Assembly (NCBI GenBank): GCA_051362555.1
Contig: CM120643.1
Span: 17,984,848 to 18,048,847 of the forward strand
DNA length: 64,000 nucleotides
From: Lingula anatina
Lineage: Eukaryota; Animalia; Brachiopoda
Reading direction: 5' to 3'
The notes below the pieces were generated by a model that did not search any database, was not told the origin of the DNA, and worked only from the letters and a program-made list of their open reading frames with translations. Below, in pieces: positions 1 to 26,312 of this stretch (position 1 is its first letter; every line of letters begins with the position of its first letter). Position numbers and translations under genes: made by a program.

Positions 1-204
1 TTTATTTCTCTGCTTTATATGGTAGGGATTGATGTACTGCTGTGAAGTGTTTTTCTTCCTTTTATTTTAAATCATTAACATCATTTTGAATTATTATCAT
101 CATAATCATTACTTATTTTCAATCATTTATTGTCATATTAATGTTTATTATATCTTTATATATTCATAAATTTATGTATTTAATAATTGTATATTATGCA
201 ATAC

Positions 205-14716
<14,512 letters not shown>

Positions 14717-15979
14717 TCAAATGCTACAAGCATAAAACTACATTAAACTGGACTTTACTGGAATAAGCTGATTGGGAAAAACTGAGAAAAAAGATAATTT
14801 AGACAGCAATTAAAAAAGATAATTAAGACTGCAGTTACTTCTGGCAATTTAAAGGGCCTGGCAGCGGCAACCCCGCGAAGTGATTAACATATTCTAAGTT
14901 TCAGTTTTACTTAAATAAATGATATACATCATCCGGATGTCACATAGCATAAAACCATCCATCCATTGAATGGTTTAAAGGTAACTTACCCTCTTTTTTC
15001 AAAGATATATCGGACCTTAACACTGTCCTAGTCTCCACCTGGCCAGATCTAGCCGCCACCTATCGCGAGTTTTGACAATACAAGCCACATCCCATTACTT
15101 ACCGCTGAGTTGACACAGTTGAAGCATAAAGTAACGTTAACTTTGTTGTAGGCCTAAAAAGTTACATTTGTGAATATGTTGCATTTAATGCCCTGTGTAT
15201 GTTCACTAGAATTTTAAAAAGAAAATGATGACCAGAAAATGATTGCTGTTCCTTCCGCGAGTAACATCAGATTGATGATGATGATGCATGTTGTTTTAAT
15301 TTCTGAATCCGCTTTTCCATCAATATTTTATTTTCAGGGTTACTTTACTAAGTTGATTTTCGAGTAGTCTAAATACTCTATAATTAAAATTAATAAAAAA
15401 AGTTTTCTTTTCTCTGAATGCAACAATTTTTATAAGCTGCTACAGAATAATTTGCAGCTAAGGTGCATGCTTTCCTTTAATTAGTACTGCATGGTATTGT
15501 AATAAAACATCTAATTATGGAATTTTGACTTTATCTGGTCTAGTGCCTGATGCATATGAGATTGGTATACGCGATTTGCAAGGTCATGAGATAGGTGGCA
15601 CCTGCTTGAGCCTTCGTCTGCATGTGCTGTCCCAGTAAACGAACGACCTAACCTGAAAAAAAGTGTTTAAATTAAAAATATATATATTTAACGTAAACGT
15701 ATTTATTTGTTCATTTATTTTCTGTTTGTTTGTCTGTTTGCTTAGTGGTGGGGTGGCCAAGGATAAAAATGCCCGACTTCACTTGACATGTTTGTATTCA
15801 AATAACAAAAATTAAATGATTAGGGGCCTATAACAGATAGATCGATAGATTAATATTAATACAATGTCCCCTCACTATTCAATTGACAAACTGTGTGGGA
15901 TGGTGAGGTGGGGTTAACTGCAGGTACTCACCTCCTTCTCTTCCCCACCCCCCCTTCTCACCTCCTTCTCTCTCTCCCC

Positions 15980-16010
<31 letters not shown>

Positions 16011-17148
16011 ATACACACACAAAGTAAGCGCCTGTCATTTGACTCTGCCTGAATTCAGTAGCCTATCATTAAAGACGTAAAGAGATAGGGGCCTAATGAT
16101 TACAATAATCATAATTAAGATGGATGCAATCTTATCTTAGGCTTATGAAAACAGTAGGCCTATATATACATTGTTTGCTCATGAAAATATTTTACTGATT
16201 TAACTGTTTCAAACTGCCTTTAATACCTGTAGCAACTTCTGTTAATATACAGTAGCTATGCTTCACGTCTTCAGGCAATTACCGTATTTTTTTTTTTTTT
16301 TCATCAGATATCTAAGAACCATAGAGCGAAACGATTACTTAAATCAAACTATTTCAGGCGCCTTCAGTAATTTCTCCAAAAGAAACCTCCCCGTGGGAGA
16401 ATATCAGAGAACAACTAGCCCCGCGCTGCTGCAATACCTACGTTCTTTTTTATTTTCACAGGCGTTGTCAATAAAGGCAGTGTTTGGGTCGGCAGTCCAA
16501 GGGCAATTAATTGCATGGGGATAGACATTAACCTTACGTAGGCTCTATTCACATTTCACGTTTATCAAATCGACTCTGAACCGGTTTATCATGCACCGAC
16601 TGTGAATAGTGACGGATCTAGTGAAGATACTGCCCTGCTCCTCCTCCTCTTTGCTATATTTGGGGATTATGATATCTTAAAAGTTGACTTAATAATAGAT
16701 AGAAAAACACGGAGTCTCTTGTCCTCTGAGTTTCGTGTTTGGATGAAATTAAATTTATGTTAGCTTTCGCTCACTTTGGTAACAAATATTATATTTATAT
16801 ATAACATAAAAATAAAACACAAAGTATGATACCTTGAGCTAGTAATACGCCGTTATAACCAAGTAGATACATTAGATATTTTCCCTAAAATAGTGTTAGA
16901 TGATGATGATGATGATGATGATGTCTCACTTGGTTATAACATTGGTTATATATGCATCTGTAGCATGGCTTACAAGTTATATGGTTACTGTCAGTGGTTA
17001 AGGTCTCACCAAGTTGTATACGTAGGTCAGCGATTTCGATTTAAGTCGGAAATCATCTGAAAATACCTAAAGAGGCACCGTAAAACGGCCAGCAGTGTGA
17101 ATGATGTTTTCATGGTTCCGTGATATTTTGCATAGATTGTAAGGAGGT

Positions 17149-17179
<31 letters not shown>

Positions 17180-17202
17180 TATTATTATTATTATTATTAT
17201 TA
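17149..17202. repeat. (ATT)n microsatellite
   Basis: Near-perfect ATT run. Confidence 0.93.
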
Positions 17203-17767
17203 TATAAACAATACTAAACTGTACACAATGTCAATGAAAAAAATATTAATTAAATACAGGATTAGGTTAAAATATATTAAGGAGTCAAAGATACTGTAAA
17301 AAGGCCTAAACACTTTACTGCGCTTTTGTGCAACAGTCTTAATTGCAATTAATCAGTCTACGTCAACTTTAATGCAATATATAAAAGATTAAGCAAAGCG
17401 TCAGTCATTTAGATCGGTGGGATCGCCTCTAGGGCAATTAATTTAAAGAGCACTAACGTGAACGCCTCCCAAGACTAAGCAATACAAGACTTATGCAGAT
17501 CGTTCGGACTGAGACGGGCGATTCAAATAACTCTAATGCGAACGAAACTGAAGACCGATTAAATCAAGACCAGTTTCAAACCTGCGGGCCAACTACACAC
17601 CACGCGTCGTGTATTCAAACCGTTTCTCTAATATATTCCGTCGGATTTATGCGTGTCTTAGTGCATACGTTATCTTCACTTCATCACAACACGCATCTAA
17701 GTGATAGTTCAACTCGTCGCGGTTTGAATGCATACCTACACTAGACGCGTCTTGTTCCTTAGATGAA

Positions 17768-20700
17768 ATGCAGTTCTGTAGAAGGCGAAAATTATATTGC
17801 ATTCTTTTAATCGTCGGCTTTTTTGCAGCGTTTGTTTCCTACGTCACAATCCCTGATGCTGTGGTATCTAGCGGTGAGTAACATTTTTATCAAAGGGACT
17901 TGCAGCATGATTTCTATGTGGAACAACCATACTATCTGTTGATGTAGTTTATACAAATGTACATAGACACGCTGCATATTTTGTAGTTGATATAAACAAC
18001 ACGTCTGCTTAAAATTGCATACAAAATCAAAAGGTGCATCAAGTCAAGTGAAGGAGGGAATGTTTTTGAGCTTGGAAAATAATATATATAGTCTACTTTA
18101 TTGAGGATCGGTAAGTAGTACTTTAAGTGCCTGTGACACCAGGAGGATTCCTTTAGGTTATTTGTTTTTTTAACTACAAAACCCCACGAACAACCACTGT
18201 ATGATCATATTACCGATAAGTGTTGGCTTCATTAATTTCGCCAATTCTGTTCGCAATCTTGGTGTACGTTTTGATTAATAGGATATCTGTATGTTTGGTC
18301 ATTGGTTGGACTGGGGGCTTATATGTGAAACCGCATGATACTAAGAGAATGTGTATGTGTGCGTGCGTGCGCGTGCGCGCGTGCATGAGTGAGAGTGAAA
18401 GAGAGAGAGGGGGGCAGAGATGATCGATTCTGCAAATTCTTTTATGCAAATTCTCTGGATTTTCATGCTATGTAATATTCTTTTTCTCCCACTCATGCTG
18501 TGTTTTAAATGAGGCCCGCATTCGCTACACGTATACGTAATGTGCACGTGGTAAATATGCACGAAATTTTACACAAACAAGCACTGATAGATTCTCTCTT
18601 ATATGTGATATATGTTTTCATGTTTCGATAAAATTTAGCTTGCCTACATTTTGTAGAACTGATGGAAAAAAATAAAAACAGTGTTTAGCTTTTAAAGACA
18701 ACCTCCATGAATTCGACTTAGAAGAAAAGAGGTCCCCACTTCCACAATTTGGCTAAAGAAGCCATTCATTTTTGAAGATGTGATCTTCGGCATCCACCTC
18801 TATCGGATGGCCTAGTGTCTAGAGTGCCCGCCTACGAAGCAGGAGAACATGGGTTCGACTCCATCTGGAGATATACTAGTCTTTCAAGACACAGCAAAAT
18901 AACACAGTTGATGCAATAAAACATCTATCGAGTTGGCCAAATGATAACAATTTAATTACCTTCTAAATCTCAGAAATGTGTAATAATTCAGGTATCAATA
19001 TTAATACGGCTTCATTCGGCATACTGGGTTATAACCTCCCCAGGGAGGCAGTAGCGTCAACACCCAGATGTGTAATAATTCAGGTATGAATATTAATAGC
19101 AAATCCAATATGTCATGCAGTTCTGAGTTCAGATTTAATCTGTGTAAAAGCATCACCTTTTACTGCCTGTATATTATAATTTATATTTAAGTATATACGC
19201 TATTGTTTTTTACATATTTGATTACGCTGATTATATATTTGTTTAGTCATAAACTTTTGTGAAAATGTGCTAGAGCTTAAAAGGTTATCATTTTTATTAT
19301 CATAAACGATACCTGCTGAGCTTGACACCCAGCACTTAGGGGTAGAAGCAGGGATAAAGTTCCTGGTCTGGCAGAAAAAGATGTTTTCGTTTGCTAGGTT
19401 TCAGCGCTTCATACGGCATGCTACATCAGTAGTGCGGTATATAAGAAATGAACTCTCCCTTTTTTATTTATTATGTTGTATTAATTATATGTATTGGCCT
19501 AGTTCAAACGCGTCATATTGCCAAACATATTAAGCTTTAACGCGTGTAACATGCTTAGGAGCTAGAAATGTGTGTTGGAGAGAGCTAAAGACTGTTTTTA
19601 CAGTGTATGTGATATATGTGGGCCGGGACCAGAATAATATTAAGTGAAATCATTAGGCATGATGTGTTCGTTCTGTAGACGTAGATTTTGTGAGAAACAC
19701 TATTGTCGTGACATGGTTGATATAACGTATATGTTATAAGTGACATGGCTGAAGAGAGATGCATATTAGTACAGAAACAACATTTACTACACTTGGTAAT
19801 TCAGATGCGGTGGGAGATAGCACTATTCTTAATGTGCATTAAAGACTACGTTGAGGTGGGAATAACACTTAATTATAAGTAAAACGAAAAGTGCAGAGAT
19901 AAAACGGATTATCCCGTGGTAAAACGATATGTGGCGGGATGATACGAAGGTAGAACTAGTGGGGAGACAGTCTCATTCTGATCGGGTTCAACTTTCCAAC
20001 TCTTTCTAATTTCCATTTTCAAGGTTTTCCTTCTTTTAATGAAACAATTCCTTATATTACAGATATTATCGTAAATGACCATGAAACCGAAGGTGCAAGG
20101 GTCTCGCAAAAGAATCAGGATGGAGCATCCGCGGGTAATGGAGAGAAACACATTCCCAATCAGAATAAATCGTTGGTCTGGCAACCAATTGAAAAGCCTG
20201 ACGATCAACTAGGATCTCAACTGATAGAAAACAGGGGGTATGGTCACTCGCAGGAGGTTGTGTCCACGACAACTATAGAGAACGGTCAAGATAATTTAGA
20301 CTGGACCAATATCTTGGAAGAGGGCAACGTGGATACAACGAATCGGATAAATTCAGGCGAAATTCAAGGAGACAAGTTCCCAGGACAAAAAGACAATTCA
20401 AAGAGTCAGGCTGATTCAGTGCAAAGAAATGTGACTGAGACAAAGCCACTGGCTGTTGTCAGCAGTGCCCCTGGCGACGAAACGACTATAAATAGTAACA
20501 TATTTGTTGAACGTTCAAAACGACGAGCAGAGGTATGTCGAAATCATCCGTCTCTCTCTGGTGACATTTTAAAATATATTCGCTCTTTCGATCCCCTGAC
20601 TAGCTTAGTTATGGAAACCCAATATATTGTCTACAGCGATTTCAACGTATTATACTGCCAAGTCCCCAAGGCAGCATCAACAAATTTCAAGCGTCTATTC

Positions 20701-21402
20701 CTTCTAGCGGAAGGATCCAAAAAGTCTAAGAAAATCGGAAACGGAACATTAGATTTGATGAAACTTTCCCCAAGTGCAACTTGGGGGAAAACGCGAACGA
20801 CGTCCATTAGACTGCAGAACGTGAACGAAAGCTTTGCCAGAAATGTGGTTCGCAATTTCACCAAAGTTCTTATAGTTCGCCACCCTCTGGAGCGTCTCAT
20901 TTCTTACTACAGGATGGCGTTCGAGACCACAGCGTATGAAAACTTCAATAACAAAGGTGGCGCGAAGGCATTATTTGCACACGTGCAGTCCCAATATAAA
21001 AGACCCGTCCCCAAATTTGCAAAACAGTCAGAGACGCCCCATTTATCTTTCGAAGAGTTTGTTCAGTTTGTGATAGACAGCGACGCTTCCATCCGGAATC
21101 GGTCTTGGACTATGCATCACTTGATAGATGCCCATTGGATGCCTGTATCACGACAATGCCACCCGTGTGCTTTAGACTATGATTTTATCTGCAAAGTAGA
21201 AACCCTAGACACCGATCTTAAACTGCTTGCCAAACATTTAGGCATAGCCAAGGCCATAAAGTACCCCGAGCAACTAAAGAGGACTTCCCACGGCTTTCTA
21301 AATGAATATCTAACAAAGCTGCCACCAGCTCAAATGGAGAAACTGGTTAATGTGTTTAAGTTGGATTTTGAGTTATTTGGATATAAAACGGAGATAGAAT
21401 GA
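17768..21402 (+). CDS. Golgi carbohydrate sulfotransferase, HNK-1ST/CHST8-14 family (CHST11-like), ~481 aa, 2 exons
   Basis: Exon 17768-17873 MQFCRRRKLYCILLIVGFFAAFVSYVTIPDAVVSS is a type II anchor with a gtgagt donor. It joins in phase to exon 20063-21402, which contains the 5'-PSB YCQVPKAASTNFKR, the 3'-PB IVRHPLERLISYY and HWMPVSRQCHPCALDYDFICKVETL. Confidence 0.92.
18797..18875 (+). mobile_element. tRNA-derived SINE head (Pol III A/B boxes), intronic
   Basis: A box TGGCCTAGTGT (18808-18818) and B box GGTTCGACTCC (18852-18862) with tRNA-like spacing. No intact acceptor stem. Confidence 0.6.
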
Positions 21403-21519
21403 AATAAAAAAAAATTTGCACACCACGCTTGTGGTGATAGTTAGTTTCCAGTATCCTCTGAAATTCAGAGGGCGGCGTCATAGACTTGGCGCCATTGCAA
21501 TTAGATAGATAGATAGATA

Positions 21520-21757
21520 CACACACTGGACAATAGAAGTGTCTTCCCCTGAATCAGAGTAATCAAAGTTATAATGCCTGGTCTACTTATAATGTGACTT
21601 ATGAGTATAAAACTGCTGTACCATGGAATTGTATTGTTGGTCTTTTTGTGAAATTTGATGTTAATAAAATGATACCAGAAGCATATCATTACACAATTAT
21701 TTTTCTCCCCCAAAGTGTTGGTTCAGTAGGGGTGACACTTCTATTGTCCAGTGTGTG
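21520..21757. mobile_element. Tc1/mariner-type MITE just 3' of the sulfotransferase stop
   Basis: Perfect 24-bp TIR CACACACTGGACAATAGAAGTGTC / GACACTTCTATTGTCCAGTGTGTG, TA on both sides, next to a (GATA)n run. Confidence 0.85.
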
Positions 21758-24700
21758 TAGATAGAAAAATATATAAATAAAAACAAATAAGACGATACCT
21801 ATCATCATTATCATCAGCCTGTAACATATTTCACTGTCGCATTGTCTGTCTTTAATTAAAAAAAAAAAAGAAACTCGGCGACCGCTTAGATTTTTTTTCT
21901 CAGATTACAAACAGACATCAGCCAAAGTCACCCCCGAGCTCGCCTCTTGGGCATGAGGCTGCCATCTCTGGAAGGCGTTGCAACATATTACAAGAAACGA
22001 TCGACAGAGGCATGTTAATAACACAGATCTGTTTTCAGTGACGGCTGAACAGAGCTGACAGCGTGAACAGAGCGCGCCTGACGTATTATTAGCATCATCT
22101 TTCCTGACGCGTTAAAGAGCCACCCCGTGTTGTTTTCCCGCCAAAATGATTTTTTAGAGGTAAAAAGCATTTTCTTCTCTTCACGAATAATTGCGCATGT
22201 TTGACCTGTCCTTGTATTTGGATTCGATGTTTTATTCCATTGTTTAATTTAATTTAATAATTTAGTTTAAATGACTGGCCAGTCATTATAATCGACATCT
22301 GCCGTCACGCGGAAAGAACCTCTAACAATTCGTTTCAAATCCCATGGAATGACCCTTTAAGAGAGTAAACACTACACTTGAGTGACATTTAATTCCACGC
22401 AAAAATTCCCCGCCCCAGTAAAAAAATGACATGAATTAGCCAGAGACATGTTTGTGAATATCAATAATAAGTCTTTGGCCCTTGTATAGAGGGTAGTCGG
22501 CCCCCCTTCATGCCTTCAACCGTCCCCTCCAAAATGTCGATTGAAGTACATACGTATGGTTCTGCGGGCTTTTCAGTGTCTTTTCACCCTTGTTGATAAC
22601 CATTGGTAGTAACTAATACATTCTTGATAACATTGATAAGGGTCGTGAGAGGTAAATGCGTAAAAATTTAATTTTTGGAGAGAATCCCAAAGAGGCAAGG
22701 TCCTCTGTGATGGTCCGTTGATGAGTATAAACCACTTTAACTTTCACTAAATACGCACACATATATACAGTATACATTCACAGTGGCAGAAATGAGGGCG
22801 TTTGTGTATTTAGAATAATGGTAGGAGTCTACCCTCTACCAGGACCACAGATTGATTTTTACTGGATATTAACAGACAATGTCTCTGCCTGAATATGGTC
22901 AGCCTTCTAACTATGGAAAATATGGAAAATGTGCCTATAATATATGCCACCCTGGTAGAGGGTAGTAGGAGTCAGAGGTCACTAGAACCTGCCTTGTCTT
23001 CTGTCAGCATGCCTCTGCGTTCTTTACTGTGACCGACAGAGGCATGCCGCTGGTGGAGACACTCTGAGTTTCAGGGTGCTTTCTATACAGTAATTATATA
23101 TAATTGTCATGCTTGAGTACTCTCTAAAATCAGCGTAAAACCGACCACTTGTTTTGCTCAAAGTTATCGATTGATCTTGATGCTCAGGGTGCATCTCCAC
23201 GTAGGATCATCTCATGATCATGTACATTTGCAGGATCACTCCCGCATCGTCCAGATTACCCAGAAAAGTATTGATGTTGTGAAATCATAATGCTGATTAA
23301 GATGAGGGTCCTCACCTGTGGTTGTCGTTAGAAAGGCAGGGATCGGTTACCTTGTGTAAGGTTAACTCAAATACCACCAGCGGCAAAAGTGTGGGAAAAA
23401 GAGTGATGCAAATACGCATGTTTACTGTTGGATTCGGGATTTTGCTGGAGTGGATTGTTATAGTGGGTCAAAATCCCGTTCTCAAAGTAGTCACAAGCTT
23501 GGGGTAACAGGGGCTGTCAAGAGAGGCCCCACTGTTGATTAAAATCCAGTTCGAATCGCCGCAAAGTGCGGTGAATCGAATAGAATATGTCAATCCGAGT
23601 GAAGGTATTTATTTATTTATTTATTTATTTATTTATTTTGTTTGTTTGTTTGTTTGTTTGTTTGGGAGGAATGGTGGAATTTAGAGTACATTACTCAACT
23701 CGCATCTGCCTCAAAATGTGTTTGTTCTCCCGATGGTTATCTATTTTTATTTATAATAATTATGGTTTTTAGGAAATTAAAGGAGTGAGACTTTTAAAAT
23801 CGGTCATATTGTATGGAAATCGGGTAGGTGGACCGTGTGCTATATAGTAATTTGGGGTAAACTCTCCTCTGTCTGCATAGTGTGTAGGCTTATTTGCATT
23901 ATCACCACCCGCATCTTATTAGTAGCACTTAGTTTGAGCTTGAAAATAAGTCAAATGATGTGAAGGCCTTTTTCACTCGACGACAAATAAGTACTACTAC
24001 CATCATACGAAACATTTTTTAACTTTCATCCATTAGCAAAGCGCTCTCCTATGGGTTAAGATACCATGAGAAGTGCATAAAAGCTTCATCGCAACATGGA
24101 CGTCTTTTTTCTAAGTGTTCGCTCCTGCTTACTGCCTCCCCTATTTCTTGTGATCCTTGATCAACCTCTACATTTAATTTTTTCCTTTTCTATTATTGTG
24201 CCTTCCATTTGTTTAGAGAAAGTGAAAAAAGAAAGAAAAAACGACAGATGGTGCTAAAAGAAAGCTTGACATTTTATAAACATAAGTAATTTATTGGTCT
24301 GGTTTTTCATAATCATATCTCAGATATGCAGAACATTTGAAGAGTATTTCTTTACCTATTACCAGTACAGTTAAATGCGGCATGAAGTCCACAATTAATG
24401 GTCATATAAATAAATGCCAATATTATTTCATGCGGTTTCTTGCGTTCCCAGCTGCATTGGTTAAGACAATACTAATCGAATAAAGTATACTCGGAACTAT
24501 TTGAGAAGAAAAACTCTCGAGCATAATTCACCTTAGGATATACCATCTCAATTTTTTCGCAAGGAATAAAAACTTAAATCCGTACAAAAGATTTAAAGGT
24601 TTATTTCAAATTAATTCATAATCCACATTTCAATAGATTACACTCTGCGTTCATTACTGTTACATTTTAAAAAACTTTCAGATAGACTACATCCGGGTGG

Positions 24701-25236
24701 GAAACCTATATTCAAATTTGTATCCATCAATGTTCCACTTTTTATCTATTCCTAAATCATGATCACTGATCTGCCTTTCAGCTATTTTCAAGAATTTTCT
24801 TTACAGCAGCTTTATATTCAGCCTGTCCATGCTATTCCATGAACGATATCAGGTCCACACCCAATCCATGACAGATCCGTTTCCGATCCGTTCACACCTC
24901 ACCATGATCCTTTTCTGGCCCTGTTCTGCGAGCATCTCCTGTGGTATGATGGGTGAGTGTGTTTTGTGTGTGTGTTACACGCAGCAGACAAATTTCTCAA
25001 AGATTTTTCTATTGATCGGTATTTTCTAGATCTTCCAGTTCAAATGGGATTTGCTCAACTGAACGGACCCTAAAATATAAACATAAATAAATAAAACAAA
25101 AAAGGGCAATGAAGAATAAAGTCGGACAAAAAAGTTTCAAAATAAAGCGACGAGGAAGATCAACGAAAACATGCTTTAGCACATTATTCTTTTTTTTTTT
25201 TTTTAACAAAAATTTACCTTTCCGTGGCAAGTCTTT

Positions 25237-25500
25237 CTATCTCTTTCCAGTCTGTGGGGGTTGGGCTCTCATTTCAACACAAAACAAGTTGACTGCATCC
25301 GTTAGTGATTTTACAGCCGCTTCTAAATCCGCGATCTCATGAGACTTGCTCCCCGCTTCTTCTGCAAGATTTTCTCTTAGGATCAACGAATCTGCTTGAG
25401 ACCTTGGGCGGTTCTGAGATTCGAAATTGACGGCATGAACTCTGTTCTTTCTTCTGAACATGTTAGGCACTCTCATTCTTCCAATACAAGTGTTTCCCAT
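25237..25500 (-). CDS. Orphan ORF (87 aa, MGNTC start), possibly a frameshifted spliced gene or pseudogene
   Basis: MGNTCIGRMRVPNMFRRKNRV...EIADLEAAVKSLTDAVNLFCVEMRAQPP. Starts just downstream of the shared promoter and is followed by a donor at 25217 and an acceptor at 25070. No family recognised. Confidence 0.35.
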   Translation of the reverse strand: MGNTCIGRMRVPNMFRRKNRVHAVNFESQNRPRSQADSLILRENLAEEAGSKSHEIADLEAAVKSLTDAVNLFCVEMRAQPPQTGKR

Positions 25501-25534
25501 TTTGATTTGCAATGAAATCTACGCGAGTATACGC

Positions 25535-25635
25535 AATTACGTCTGTTGGTTATGCATCACCAAGCTTTACGTCACCGGTTTATTACGTCAACTGGTCAAA
25601 GCTAATTTAAATACGCTGTTGACGTTACGTCAAAT
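25535..25635. promoter_or_regulatory. Cluster of CRE/ATF-like TTACGTCA sites in the promoter of the C20orf96-like gene
   Basis: TTACGTCA at about 25567, 25583 and 25625, plus TTACGTCT (~25537) and TGACGT (~25620). Lies upstream of a likely non-coding exon ending at the donor AAAG|gtaatt (25690). Confidence 0.55.
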
Positions 25636-26312
25636 GTAGCGGAGAGGGGTGGTCAGTAATAAAATCCAGTAAACTACAAGCAACTAAAGGTAATTTTTTG
25701 GCATTTTATTTTTGTATGCAGTACTAAGTAAAAGCCTCACTCTTCCTGACAAATGAAGGTGTTTTATTTGTAGTTTTAATCGACAGTAGTCAAAATGACG
25801 GTAGGCCTAGGCGGTCTTACTCCCCCCCCCTTTCATAAGGGCAGGGAGAAGTGGCTAATGGGAATGTCTACCCCTACCCGAACTGCCCCTATTTAGCCTC
25901 CCCCGTGTAAAATTTGTTTCAACATGGCTTGTCTTGGAAATTCTACCATCTATCGTTCTCAAGGGCACCATGACAACATTTGAAAATGGCTGCCACAGCC
26001 ACTGAAAAATCAGAAAACCTGTTTGGAGTGGGATATGTATAATATAGGTATGTCTGCCAAAGTGATTAACACTTTTGGACTGTAGAAAAATGCCAGTTAT
26101 CTAAATGTAATTGCTCATAAGTTCTGAGACTTACATTCTTACTGAAAAATCTTATTTGAATTAATTTGACTTGTTTTCCCTCTTGGCTTATCTTTTGAAT
26201 CGAAATCGATGCAATGCCATCTGTTTTGGCTAAAACAGTTATGTCATGATTTAGTTTCTGCTTTTATTGCACTTACAGGAAAATGAATAAGACTAGACAA
26301 TAATAAATTACC

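Noticed and set aside
18797-18875. Possible tRNA gene
   Set aside because: A and B boxes are present but the acceptor and anticodon stems do not pair properly. Better explained as a SINE head.
20631-20900. Antisense ORFs overlapping real coding exons (also 50193-50513, 33106-33312, 3713-4009)
   Set aside because: Shadow frames of coding sequence with no independent evidence.
23150-23580. GC-richer patch that might be coding or retroelement-derived
   Set aside because: No frame I read gave a recognisable motif, and I could not define boundaries.
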